From IMG/VR virus record IMGVR_UViG_3300017761_003320, positions 1 through 64,000 of that record: 64,000 nt of DNA, one strand, 5' to 3'. This document shows positions 30,299-39,289 of this stretch, in pieces. Every line of letters starts with the position of its first letter. Position 1 is the first letter of the stretch. The position numbers and the translations under genes were made by a program. This stretch comes from a virus. The notes beneath the pieces were generated by a model. It worked only from the letters and a program-made list of their open reading frames with translations, was not told the origin of the DNA and did not search any database.

Positions 30299-30470
30299 CT
30301 ACGAAGAAGAGGATGAATATACCTGTTCTTCATGTGATGCGGAATTCACTCTGGTCTATCATTCGGACCAGAGTGGAATCATCTATTCACCTGAGTTTTG
30401 CCCATTCTGTGGTGAACCTCTCGATGTCGAAGATGATGACGAAGATGAGGAATACATAGACGAGGACTAA
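30258..30470 (+). CDS. small zinc-ribbon protein
   Basis: CSSC...CPFCG, acidic tail. Confidence 0.65.
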   Translation: MLIQMVKKVKAVADYEEEDEYTCSSCDAEFTLVYHSDQSGIIYSPEFCPFCGEPLDVEDDDEDEEYIDED

Positions 30471-30483
30471 GGAGCCCTCGTCT

Positions 30484-30936
30484 ATGATAGATTATGCTAA
30501 TCCGTGGTTATTTGATGATAAACCTTTTACAAGCGCAGACATAGGCAAATCTTACGGATTCGTGTATCTAATCACGGATAAGGTAACTGGTAAGATGTAT
30601 GTTGGTCGCAAGTATTTCTGGTCGATGCGTAAAAAGAAAGGCGCATTGAAAAGAAAGCGTGAAGAAAGTGATTGGAAAATTTACTACGGATCGGCAGATG
30701 AGATCAAAGCTTTGGTAAAAGAATTTGGGCAAGATAGGTTCTACCGCCAAATTTTATCTGTACATTCCACCAAAGGTGATGTAAATTACTCTGAGGTCAG
30801 AGAACAATTTCGACGTGACGTGCTAGAAAAGGATGACTATATCAATGCAAATATCAACGGCAAATGGTTCAGAAAGCCTGGACACATCATCGCAGGTCGG
30901 CGTATTGCCGGATCATCTGGGTGGCCACCTCAATAA
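30484..30936 (+). CDS. GIY-YIG endonuclease (endonuclease II-like)
   Basis: YGFVYLI...YVGRK, ESDWKIYYGS, NANI. Confidence 0.8.
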   Translation: MIDYANPWLFDDKPFTSADIGKSYGFVYLITDKVTGKMYVGRKYFWSMRKKKGALKRKREESDWKIYYGSADEIKALVKEFGQDRFYRQILSVHSTKGDVNYSEVREQFRRDVLEKDDYINANINGKWFRKPGHIIAGRRIAGSSGWPPQ

Positions 30937-31465
30937 GACGCACCTTGACCCTGGCGCGCTAATCTTTCTAAAGCAGAAGTTTGATATCAAGTCGATGCTT
31001 GATATCGGTTGTGGCCCTGGTGGTATGATTGAGATGGCAGAATCCATCGGAATCAGCGCATGGGGTATTGATGGTGATCCGTATGTCGAACGTAAAACAA
31101 AAAACGTCACTATTCAAGACTACACAAAAGGCTTCGTCGAAACAAGTCATCTACCTTCTAGTTCATTTGATCTGGCCTGGTCTGTCGAATTTCTTGAGCA
31201 TGTTGAAGAAAAATATCTACCACTGTATATGCATAGCTTCAATATGTGCAAATATGTGGTTTGCACGGCTGCACCTCCAGGTTGGCCAGGGCATCATCAT
31301 GTCAACTGTCGCTCGATTGATTACTGGATTGGCGTCTTTTCCGCAAATGAATTTGATTATGATGCAGAGACTAGTGGATTGGTACGCGCGCATTCCACAA
31401 TGACAAAGGGCTTCATGAGCCGCACAGGAATGTTCTTCAAAAAGAGGGAACCTTGGTATGTATGA
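30833..31465 (+). CDS. class I SAM-dependent methyltransferase
   Basis: LDIGCGPG, GIDG, SVEFLEHV, GHHHVN. Confidence 0.85.
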   Translation: MTISMQISTANGSESLDTSSQVGVLPDHLGGHLNKTHLDPGALIFLKQKFDIKSMLDIGCGPGGMIEMAESIGISAWGIDGDPYVERKTKNVTIQDYTKGFVETSHLPSSSFDLAWSVEFLEHVEEKYLPLYMHSFNMCKYVVCTAAPPGWPGHHHVNCRSIDYWIGVFSANEFDYDAETSGLVRAHSTMTKGFMSRTGMFFKKREPWYV

Positions 31466-32189
31466 TCCAGTCAAGCTATTCATTGGTACCTCTGCTAACG
31501 GTGAAGATGCTGAAGCAGAAATGGTATATGAATATTCGCTCAGGAGCAACTGCTCTCACCCTCTCGACATTGTCTGGATGCGACAAACACTAGACAAGGA
31601 AAGCCCATGGGGTGGATGGGAGACGCAAGAATGGTCGACACCATTTAGCGGCTTCCGTTGGGCGATTCCTGAAGTATGCAAGTTCAAGGGTCGCGCCATC
31701 TATACCGATGTCGATATGATCAATATGCGCGATATCAGCGAACTGTTTGATATTGATCTTCAAGGCAAGCCGATGACTGCTCGTAAGGGAACTCGTTTTG
31801 GTGGCCATGAATTTTGCGTAATTGTCTTTGATTGTGAAAAGATGGAAGAATATCTCATGCCTATTCAGCGCATGAAGGTTAATCCATCGTCACATCATCG
31901 GTTTGTTCGTTTCTTTAGCGGTAATGAAAAGCTCGTGCATGAGCTAGATATGCGCTGGAACTGTCATGACGGTGAAGGTTTGAAGGCCGAAGATATTTGG
32001 CATCTACATTTCACTAAGATGGCCACACAACCATGGAAGCCCCGTTGGTTTACTGGAACACCTGAAGAACATTCGCGCCCAGACCTTGTGAATGTCTGGT
32101 ATGGTATGAAGGATTCGGCTAAAGCAAATGGTTATTCTGTGCAATTACCGAATACACCATTTGTGCCTTATAGGATTATAGGAAGATGA
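31458..32189 (+). CDS. GT8-like glycosyltransferase
   Basis: STPFSGFRW, IYTDVDM, WNC, HFTKMATQPW. Confidence 0.75.
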   Translation: MYDPVKLFIGTSANGEDAEAEMVYEYSLRSNCSHPLDIVWMRQTLDKESPWGGWETQEWSTPFSGFRWAIPEVCKFKGRAIYTDVDMINMRDISELFDIDLQGKPMTARKGTRFGGHEFCVIVFDCEKMEEYLMPIQRMKVNPSSHHRFVRFFSGNEKLVHELDMRWNCHDGEGLKAEDIWHLHFTKMATQPWKPRWFTGTPEEHSRPDLVNVWYGMKDSAKANGYSVQLPNTPFVPYRIIGR

Positions 32190-32968
32190 CACTTTTTGAC
32201 GCGGTCGAGACTCCAGATAAGCTATGTGTGATGACATCATGCGACCAAGCTTATCTGGAGTCGCATGGTCCTGCTTTCGTCGCATCTAATGCAATCGCAG
32301 GTAATTCGATTCATATTCATTTGATGGAAAATCCTGGAATGCGCCAGGTCAATCTTGCTAAATTGACTTCGCTCAAGCTAAGGTATAATGCGATTGCTCG
32401 CGGCACTCATATGACGTTTTCAACAGAGACGTTACAGGTTCCAAAGGGTGTCAATAGCGAAACACTACGCACCTATTATGCTAGCAATAGGTTTCTTGTT
32501 GCACCTCGCTTGCTATCGACTGGTTGCGCGATGTATCTGTCTGATATCGATTCTATCTTCATGGCTAAGATGGAAAAGCTTGATGCTGATGTCGGACTAT
32601 TCTTGCGCGAGTCATTACCAGGTACTGTGGGTTGGGAAGCTCTCGGCACGAAGGTCGCTGCTGGTCTAGTATATTATTCAGGTAGCGAAGGTTCGCGAAA
32701 CTTTGCGACAAAGGTTGAGAATAATCTAAACACCAATGGTCTTACTTGGTTCACGGATCAGGTATCGCTATATCAAGCATATACCTATTATGAGAAAAAG
32801 CTAAAATTTCATACATTTGATATGTCGGTCATGGATTGGGAGTTTCGCGCAGGTTCTCCTATCTGGACTGGAAAGGGTACGCGCAAGGATCTAGATCAGA
32901 GATACCTTGCAAAAAAGCTTGAGATGGAATCTAGATTACCATCAATCAAAGGAGCATTTTGGAGATGA
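32186..32968 (+). CDS. GT-A fold glycosyltransferase-like protein
   Basis: YYASNRF, LSDIDS (DxD), WFTDQ, IWTGKG. Confidence 0.6.
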   Translation: MTLFDAVETPDKLCVMTSCDQAYLESHGPAFVASNAIAGNSIHIHLMENPGMRQVNLAKLTSLKLRYNAIARGTHMTFSTETLQVPKGVNSETLRTYYASNRFLVAPRLLSTGCAMYLSDIDSIFMAKMEKLDADVGLFLRESLPGTVGWEALGTKVAAGLVYYSGSEGSRNFATKVENNLNTNGLTWFTDQVSLYQAYTYYEKKLKFHTFDMSVMDWEFRAGSPIWTGKGTRKDLDQRYLAKKLEMESRLPSIKGAFWR

Positions 32969-33933
32969 GAAAGGTATTATTCTTAGCACCACGCCTTGAC
33001 GTGATGTTTAAGGAAGGTCATGTTCCTTTAGAGCGCGGCCCTATTCCAGCTGTGCGTATGCCGTGGCATAACCTGCGGACCATGGTCGTCGAGGAGCATA
33101 AGCGCCGTGGTGATGATGTGAGAGTGCTGGAGCTTCCGCTCTGGCAATTCACACCACAGGTTGTGCAATCATTGGGTGCTGATCTTTGCTATGTACCTCA
33201 TAAGATGATCGATAATTTCCCAGTTCCAAATGTCAATGTGATGTATTATATGCAGACGGTTATTCCGTATCTGTTCACGATTGATTCTCGAGGCTGGGGT
33301 GCATCTGCATCTAATTATCCTTGCACGTCATTTCTTGAAGGTGAGACTACTGGTGTAGGATTCAATACACTCAAGGCTCGTATCTTTGAGAATTATAGCA
33401 AGTTCAAGCAGCCAGACTTTAAAGATATAAAGCTACCTAAGGACTATATTCTTTATCTATGCCAAATTCCGCATGATGAGACGATTCGTTATCATTCTAG
33501 AATCACAGTCGAACAGGCTATTGAAGCGACATGTCGTGCGACTAAGGAACTAGGATATCCTTTGGTGCTTAAAGGTCATCCTGTAAATCAAGGTGCTATG
33601 GTTCAGCTTAGACAAATTGCTGATAAATACGCGCACGCTATTTGGTTAGATGACGTATCAATCCACCAGCTTATTCCTGATGCACGGGCTGTGGTAGTGG
33701 TAAACTCTGGCACTGGCCTAGAGTCTCTGCTACATCAAAAGCCAGTCATCACTTTCGGGCGCGCCGATTATGATGTGGTTACAAACCGAGTCGAAGGCAA
33801 CAACCTGAGGGAGCTTCTGGAGAGACCCAAATTTAACCAAGAAGCCGTGAAGAAATTTATTGACAGGTGGTATGACTCCTGCTATAATACCACCTTACAC
33901 GCAGGAAACGACAGCTTTACCAAGCTACCTTAG
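32959..33933 (+). CDS. capsule polysaccharide export/KpsS-like glycosyltransferase
   Basis: CQIPHD, LKGHP, VVNSGTGLESLL, FGRADY. Confidence 0.7.
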   Translation: MEMRKVLFLAPRLDVMFKEGHVPLERGPIPAVRMPWHNLRTMVVEEHKRRGDDVRVLELPLWQFTPQVVQSLGADLCYVPHKMIDNFPVPNVNVMYYMQTVIPYLFTIDSRGWGASASNYPCTSFLEGETTGVGFNTLKARIFENYSKFKQPDFKDIKLPKDYILYLCQIPHDETIRYHSRITVEQAIEATCRATKELGYPLVLKGHPVNQGAMVQLRQIADKYAHAIWLDDVSIHQLIPDARAVVVVNSGTGLESLLHQKPVITFGRADYDVVTNRVEGNNLRELLERPKFNQEAVKKFIDRWYDSCYNTTLHAGNDSFTKLP

Positions 33934-33943
33934 GGGATATGAG

Positions 33944-34300
33944 ATGAGCAAATACTGGGGGTACCACCTGATCCTTGACTGTGCGGGCTGTGACCCGCAA
34001 TCCATTAAGGATTATGATAACATTTATAATTTTGCCAATCGACTGGTCGATGATATCGATATGGTTGCATATGGCGAGCCGCAAATTGTAAATTTTGGTA
34101 GCGGTAATAAGGCTGGCTATACCCTGGTTCAGCTTATCGAGACATCTAATATCTGTGCTCATTTTGTAAATGAGACAAATGACATCTATCTGGATGTATT
34201 CTCATGCAAGCCGTATGATCAAGCTACGGTTGAACGACTAGTAGGCGACTATTTTAAGCCTCAGAGTATTCGTAAGACTTATATTACACGGCAGGCGTGA
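33944..34300 (+). CDS. pyruvoyl AdoMet decarboxylase-family protein 1
   Basis: GYHLILD, QLIETSNICAH, DVFSCK; internal promoter TTGACA-17-TATAAT at 33860-33888. Confidence 0.8.
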   Translation: MSKYWGYHLILDCAGCDPQSIKDYDNIYNFANRLVDDIDMVAYGEPQIVNFGSGNKAGYTLVQLIETSNICAHFVNETNDIYLDVFSCKPYDQATVERLVGDYFKPQSIRKTYITRQA

Positions 34301-34301
34301 T

Positions 34302-34715
34302 ATGAGCGCGGTGCTTCACGTCCCGTCCGTCAAGCGACTCGGCCGACATGTAATCGCCGAGTTCTGGGATGTCGAGCCTAACGTATTATGTGGGGTTGGC
34401 TTGCTAGAGTCAATCTTTGTAGATGCTTGCCGTGAGTCAGGCGCAACTGTTCTCCATAGCAATTTTCATGGCTTTGGAGAAGGTTGCGGCGTGACTGGTG
34501 TAGTGATTCTTTCTGAGAGTCATGCATCTGTTCACACCTGGCCTGAATATGGTTATGCAGCTGTGGATGTATTCATGTGTGGTTCATGTGATCCAAACAT
34601 TGCTGTGAAAGCCATCTATAATCGTCTGGCAGAGGCCAATGGCAAATATGCCATAGGTTCTGAAAGCCACACATTTCATCGTGGTATCCTAGAGCAGATT
34701 GAAATTACACATTGA
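34302..34715 (+). CDS. speD: S-adenosylmethionine decarboxylase proenzyme
   Basis: LGRHVIAE, GVTGVVILSESHASVHTWPE, VDVFMCG. Confidence 0.9.
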   Translation: MSAVLHVPSVKRLGRHVIAEFWDVEPNVLCGVGLLESIFVDACRESGATVLHSNFHGFGEGCGVTGVVILSESHASVHTWPEYGYAAVDVFMCGSCDPNIAVKAIYNRLAEANGKYAIGSESHTFHRGILEQIEITH

Positions 34716-34747
34716 CATCCCTCTAGAAATCATATAGTATAGTACCA

Positions 34748-34908
34748 TGAGCAAACAGACGCAAACACGTAAATTCCGAGTCCGCACCTCTGAGGGTCGG
34801 GTATATATCGTAGAGAAATATGGCTTCTCTGTGACTTGCACGTGCAAGGGGTTTGGTTATCGTAACAAGTGTAAGCACTCTGATGCTATTAAGTGTTTTC
34901 CGGGTTAG
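34748..34908 (+). CDS. SWIM zinc-finger mini-protein
   Basis: CTCKGFGYRNKCKH; its stop codon overlaps the tRNA-Asn 5' end. Confidence 0.6.
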
Positions 34909-34974
34909 CTCAGTTGGTAGAGCAAGGGACTGTTAATCCCTGGGTCGCTGGTTCGAGTCCAGCACCCGGAGCCA
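34899..34974 (+). tRNA. tRNA-Asn(GTT)
   Basis: TCCGGGT/ACCCGGA acceptor, AGGGA-CTGTTAA-TCCCT, GTTCGAG, CCA. Confidence 0.95.
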
Positions 34975-34978
34975 TATA

Positions 34979-35467
34979 ATGATAATACATGAAAGCAAGC
35001 GAATGTCAAAAACTGCCCGTAATATGGCTGTGGCTTTAGGTACAGCCGGTGAGATCCTAGTCGCAACCCTCCTAAAAGAAGAGGGTCGACATGTCGAGAT
35101 GTCTCATGATCAATATGATAGAGTTAAGGACATGTTGGTTGACGGTGTACAGAATGTTGAGGTCAAGACGCAGGTTCCTTTTATCAAGGAAAATGCTATG
35201 ACCTTTAGGCCAGATCAATTGGCTAAATGCACTAATGCTGACGAATTGTATTTCGTTCTAGTCTCTGCACCAAAACATAAGTATCATTATAGTGGTTGGG
35301 TAATGAAAGTTACAGAACCTAAGAATCTAGCAATTAGAGAATATCATACCAAAGACGGCCGCGACATGTTATTGGTTGATATTGATCAGCCTGCGGTGCA
35401 GCTTTGGAAACGTATTCCTAAGCAACATTTGTCTTTGATGAATAATCTTACGGTATCAAAATATTGA
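34979..35467 (+). CDS. PD-(D/E)xK nuclease-like protein
   Basis: GTAGE...KD...VEVKT. Confidence 0.55.
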   Translation: MIIHESKRMSKTARNMAVALGTAGEILVATLLKEEGRHVEMSHDQYDRVKDMLVDGVQNVEVKTQVPFIKENAMTFRPDQLAKCTNADELYFVLVSAPKHKYHYSGWVMKVTEPKNLAIREYHTKDGRDMLLVDIDQPAVQLWKRIPKQHLSLMNNLTVSKY

Positions 35468-35679
35468 CGATATATTTCAGACCACCAACTTCACATCCAA
35501 GGGCTGGCGAAAAAGTAAAACTGAAAAAGCCTGATGGTCGATTGATTGATGCTGAGATACATTGGGTATATGGCCAAGACAAGTATTTTTTAGTCTCTGT
35601 CAAAGATAAGAAATATGAAGAAGGTCTTACGTTTGAAGTTACTTCTGTAAAAAATATAGAATTTATTACAGATACATAG
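35464..35679 (+). CDS. hypothetical protein
   Basis: ORF between the nuclease and tRNA-Thr. Confidence 0.45.
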   Translation: MTIYFRPPTSHPRAGEKVKLKKPDGRLIDAEIHWVYGQDKYFLVSVKDKKYEEGLTFEVTSVKNIEFITDT

Positions 35680-35685
35680 GGTTAA

Positions 35686-35760
35686 GCTGGGTTAGCACAA
35701 CGGTAGTGCAACGGTTTTGTAAACCGTAGGTTGGGGGTTCGAATCCCTCACCCAGCACCA
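35686..35760 (+). tRNA. tRNA-Thr(TGT)
   Basis: GCTGGGT/ACCCAGC, ACGGT-TTTGTAA-ACCGT, CCA. Confidence 0.95.
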
Positions 35761-35778
35761 TAGAAAGGTGCGCGCCAT

Positions 35779-36327
35779 ATGCCTAATAAGTTTGAAACTG
35801 AATTTTCAAAATATAAATGTGATAAGCATTATCACAGATACCATGAATATTATAATGAGATCATAGGCGATTCTATGGTCAAATCTATTCTTGAAATTGG
35901 TGTTGCATATGGCGCTTCTTTAAAAGCTTGGAGATCGATATGGCCTGAAGCCACAGTAGAGGGTGTTGATCTATTTCGGCAATATGATCCAAATCTGGAA
36001 AATGATTTTAAAATTTACAATTTGGATTCAACAGATAAAGCACAAGCTGATCTAATTGATAAGACATATGATATCATAGTCGATGATGGTTGTCATGATT
36101 GGCTTCAACAGCTAACAACTTTTAATAATTACAAAGATAAAGTCAATAAATTTTATGTAATTGAAGATGTGAAAGGCGCCCGCTCACTTGATAATTTAGT
36201 GCGGCGCCTTCCTGTGGATCTATCAAAGGATAGAATTTTTATATCCCATGGACATCAACGTGAATTTGAAGTTGATGGTGTTACAAAGAAGGATTCTTAT
36301 CGAATCATATTCATTGATATGAGATAA
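35779..36327 (+). CDS. SAM-dependent methyltransferase
   Basis: ILEIGV..GASL, GVD, DIIVDDGCH, YVIEDV. Confidence 0.85.
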   Translation: MPNKFETEFSKYKCDKHYHRYHEYYNEIIGDSMVKSILEIGVAYGASLKAWRSIWPEATVEGVDLFRQYDPNLENDFKIYNLDSTDKAQADLIDKTYDIIVDDGCHDWLQQLTTFNNYKDKVNKFYVIEDVKGARSLDNLVRRLPVDLSKDRIFISHGHQREFEVDGVTKKDSYRIIFIDMR

Positions 36328-36360
36328 TTAGTTAATCCATGATTTTTGATAAAACATGAT

Positions 36361-37488
36361 CTAAATTAAAGCACTCTTGTGGCTATTGATTCCGCATTTG
36401 GCAATGCATACTGCGGTCTTGCCACAAGATATGCTTTTCTTGTACCAGCTTATTTCAATTTCTTCGAATATGCCACTTTCAAATATATTTTCAATGCTAT
36501 TGATATTTAAATCATTAAAATCTTTACCGAATTGTTCATACATCTGAATAAGCTGTTGACCTTTAGAATCACCAGGTAAATTAATAGTACTGGCGATATA
36601 GCAACATGGATATAATCTACCTTTGTAATCAATGTATATTGATTTTTTACCTGAATTTACTTTACAAGAGATTTTATCATTACCATATCGATTTTCTAAT
36701 GATTTATAATCATCTGATGATATTTCAAATCTAGTCGGTCTGGTTATCTTTTTTACCAATTTCATTGAGGTTTCCATAAGATCATGACTAATATCATTAT
36801 TGTCATTTTCTGACGGGTATATTACATGAGTCAGATTCAAATTTTTATCATATACTGGCCAATTAGTTACACCATTTTTACCCATTGTAGAAAATCTATC
36901 AGTTAATCTTTGGGAAAAAGTTGTCACATTCCATTCTTTAGAAAGTGACTTAGCTTCATTGATTTGATGTTTATTATGACGAAATACATTCATAATCCAG
37001 GCTGAATGATTTCTTTTGCCTAATTTTATTGATTCTTCTGTATATGTTTTAACATTTCTTTCTAATAAATCCCAATTAACAAATTGTCGGTATAGATGAT
37101 TAGTGTCCCTAAGACCATCTATACCAAAATCACATTTATCCACTAAATGTGCTATATCAGTCCAGAATTTCTTATCTCTAGCACCGCCATTGGTGCTTAA
37201 GGTGATATGAATATTAGGATTTATTGATCTAATATATTTTACTATCGGAATAAAGTCTTTATTCACAATCGCATCGCCATAATTACCACAAAAATGAATA
37301 AGTTTTATATTGGATAAAAGACTATGCTGTAATATATTTTTAGCTGAGGATAATGTCATATCTACACTACCAATATCTTCTCTTAATAGTGTAGTATAAT
37401 TATAATATCTAGGACACATTGGACATCCAGCATTACATTTTGTGGTTATTTCAAGATGCAGATGTGTTAAATCATGTAATGAATACAA
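36361..37488 (-). CDS. radical SAM/SPASM protein
   Basis: CNAGCPMC, STNGG, GIDG, LYPCC, CIAKC; very AT-rich. Confidence 0.88.
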   Translation of the reverse strand: MYSLHDLTHLHLEITTKCNAGCPMCPRYYNYTTLLREDIGSVDMTLSSAKNILQHSLLSNIKLIHFCGNYGDAIVNKDFIPIVKYIRSINPNIHITLSTNGGARDKKFWTDIAHLVDKCDFGIDGLRDTNHLYRQFVNWDLLERNVKTYTEESIKLGKRNHSAWIMNVFRHNKHQINEAKSLSKEWNVTTFSQRLTDRFSTMGKNGVTNWPVYDKNLNLTHVIYPSENDNNDISHDLMETSMKLVKKITRPTRFEISSDDYKSLENRYGNDKISCKVNSGKKSIYIDYKGRLYPCCYIASTINLPGDSKGQQLIQMYEQFGKDFNDLNINSIENIFESGIFEEIEISWYKKSISCGKTAVCIAKCGINSHKSALI

Positions 37489-38178
37489 TCAGTTGACCCA
37501 TTCTACTGGAATTGGTTGTTTTTGCTTAGTCGGAAACATGAAATCTTCAATCTGATGAATACGACGATTGCGAGTCTTATCAGCAATTCCAATTCCCATT
37601 AGTAGCAATGGTCGTCCCTTTATATTCATTTCTTTTTGAACTTCATTGGATATAAAGCAAGTGCAGCATCCAGTCGCATAACCCATTAGAGATGCGGTAA
37701 GATTTAAATATCCAGCGGCCACACCAATAGCCATCATTCTATCTTTTTCGATAAGTTTTAGATCACTGTCTTTCGCTGTTCCATTTGTCAGATCAATAAC
37801 TTGTTCATTACGACCAGCATCCTGAGCCTTTGATAGATCAAGATATTCTTCAAATACGATCAATAAGTTAGCAAGCACTTGAGCATTTGTTGTATATTCG
37901 GTCTTGTCGCGAGTTTCACCATGCTTCATCACAAAACCCTTTGTGTGTCCATGGATTCGCTCGATAAGATCACGGTTGGTTACAAAATGTAATTTATAAA
38001 ATGCAATATTTTGTTTGCTTGGGCATTGTGTGGCCGCAATCATTAAGGTGTCCAAATCATCTTCAGGCATTTCTTGGGTAAGATCCCAATTACGCTGACA
38101 ATGTTGACTCTTAAAAATCGATTTTTTTATGGCGACATGATCCATTTTTAGTCGGCTCCCATACTTTGCCTTTGACAT
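37489..38178 (-). CDS. nitroreductase-family protein
   Basis: SQHCQRNWD, CPSKQN, MAIGVAAG..GYATGCC. Confidence 0.75.
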   Translation of the reverse strand: MSKAKYGSRLKMDHVAIKKSIFKSQHCQRNWDLTQEMPEDDLDTLMIAATQCPSKQNIAFYKLHFVTNRDLIERIHGHTKGFVMKHGETRDKTEYTTNAQVLANLLIVFEEYLDLSKAQDAGRNEQVIDLTNGTAKDSDLKLIEKDRMMAIGVAAGYLNLTASLMGYATGCCTCFISNEVQKEMNIKGRPLLLMGIGIADKTRNRRIHQIEDFMFPTKQKQPIPVEWVN

Positions 38179-38209
38179 ATTTATCCGAATCTGTTATATA
38201 GTACTACAT

Positions 38210-38297
38210 GGAAGGGTGGCCGAGCGGTTTAAGGCACCGCACTTGAAATGCGACGATCTGAAAAGATCCGTGAGTTCGAATCTCACCCCTTCCGCCA
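38210..38297 (+). tRNA. tRNA-Ser(TGA)
   Basis: GGAAGGG/CCCTTCC, long variable arm, GCCA. Confidence 0.93.
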
Positions 38298-38303
38298 AAA
38301 TTT

Positions 38304-38393
38304 GGAAAGATGGCTGAGAGGCCTAAAGCACTCGGTTGCTAACTGAGCGGTCTAGAAATAGATCCGTGGGTTCGAATCCCACTCTTTCCGCCA
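38304..38393 (+). tRNA. tRNA-Ser(GCT)
   Basis: GGAAAGA/TCTTTCC, CTCGG-TTGCTAA-CTGAG, long variable arm, GCCA. Confidence 0.93.
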
Positions 38394-38401
38394 AGTTTTG
38401 T

Positions 38402-38474
38402 GGGGAATTAGCTCAGATGGTAGAGCGCCTGCTTTGCAAGCAGGTGGTCAGCGGTTCGATTCCGCTATTCTCCA
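38402..38474 (+). tRNA. tRNA-Ala(TGC)
   Basis: GGGGAAT/ATTCTCC with G3:U70, CCTGC-TTTGCAA-GCAGG; CCA not encoded. Confidence 0.93.
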
Positions 38475-38477
38475 TAT

Positions 38478-38554
38478 GCCTGTGTAGCCCAACTGGTAGA
38501 GGCACTAGACTTAGGATCTAGCAAGTGTAGGTTCAAATCCTATCACAGGTACCA
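38478..38554 (+). tRNA. tRNA-Leu(TAG), short variable loop
   Basis: GCCTGTG/CACAGGT, CTAGA-CTTAGGA-TCTAG, ACCA. Confidence 0.88.
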
Positions 38555-38557
38555 TTA

Positions 38558-38629
38558 GCCCGGTTAGCTCAGCGGTAGAGCAACTCCTTTACACGGAGAA
38601 GGTCGGCGGTTCAATCCTGTCACCGGGTA
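38558..38629 (+). tRNA. tRNA-Val(TAC)
   Basis: GCCCGGT/ACCGGGT, CTCC-TTTACAC-GGAG, GGTTCAAT. Confidence 0.88.
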
Positions 38630-38800
38630 TACCATACATAAGGATTGAATATGAATTATTCTGTTGATATGATGAAGCGAGCCGTATTTCATGATGAACT
38701 CGTAAATGTGATTAATACCATGCCAATTGAAAATGTTGATGCGAATATTGTGGCTGTGAAAGAATATCTCACACGCAGACTAAAAGAATTTGATCGCAAA

Positions 38801-38808
38801 TATAAATA
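38801..38808 (+). promoter_or_regulatory. T4-type late promoter
   Basis: Exact TATAAATA 23 nt upstream of csgF ATG (38832), SD AGGAGG. Confidence 0.75.
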
Positions 38809-38831
38809 AGGTCGATATCATAGGAGGTACC

Positions 38832-39272
38832 ATGAAAAGATTGGTAGTCCTTGCTATGTTTTTTGCTCCTATGTCTAATGCGAGTGAGCTTACCCATTCT
38901 TTTAATTCACCATCGTTTAATGGCGCGGGCTATAGTTCCCACGTTTTGACGATTTATCAGCTTGAGCAAGCTGCAAAGCAGCGCCAAGAAGATCGCCGCA
39001 GGCAAGAAATTGCCGCGGCTCTTCGTGCTGAGCAAAACAGTCCAGGTAATCAGTTTATGCAGGCCTTCCAGTCGCTTGTATATTCACAGCTTGCAAAAAG
39101 CATGTCTGAACAGTTATTCGGTGAAACACCTCAGAATAACGGCAGTCTTTCCTTTAGCAATGTTACTATAGCTTGGGTTCGATCTGGTTCTGAAGTATCC
39201 ATGACGATCAATGATCGATCAACCAATTCTGTTACAACAATAACAGTTCCCATAGGAGCCTTCGCATTTTAA
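38832..39272 (+). CDS. csgF: curli assembly protein CsgF-like
   Basis: Signal peptide then ASELTHSFNSPSFNG (CsgF F.NPxFGG-like), C-terminal TTITVP; adjacent to csgG. Confidence 0.8.
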   Translation: MKRLVVLAMFFAPMSNASELTHSFNSPSFNGAGYSSHVLTIYQLEQAAKQRQEDRRRQEIAAALRAEQNSPGNQFMQAFQSLVYSQLAKSMSEQLFGETPQNNGSLSFSNVTIAWVRSGSEVSMTINDRSTNSVTTITVPIGAFAF

Positions 39273-39289
39273 AAATCCTAGCTTTTGCT

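Noticed and set aside
38336-38521. 61-aa ORF
   Set aside because: Lies across tRNA-Ser, -Ala and -Leu genes; a translation artefact with no SD or coding signal
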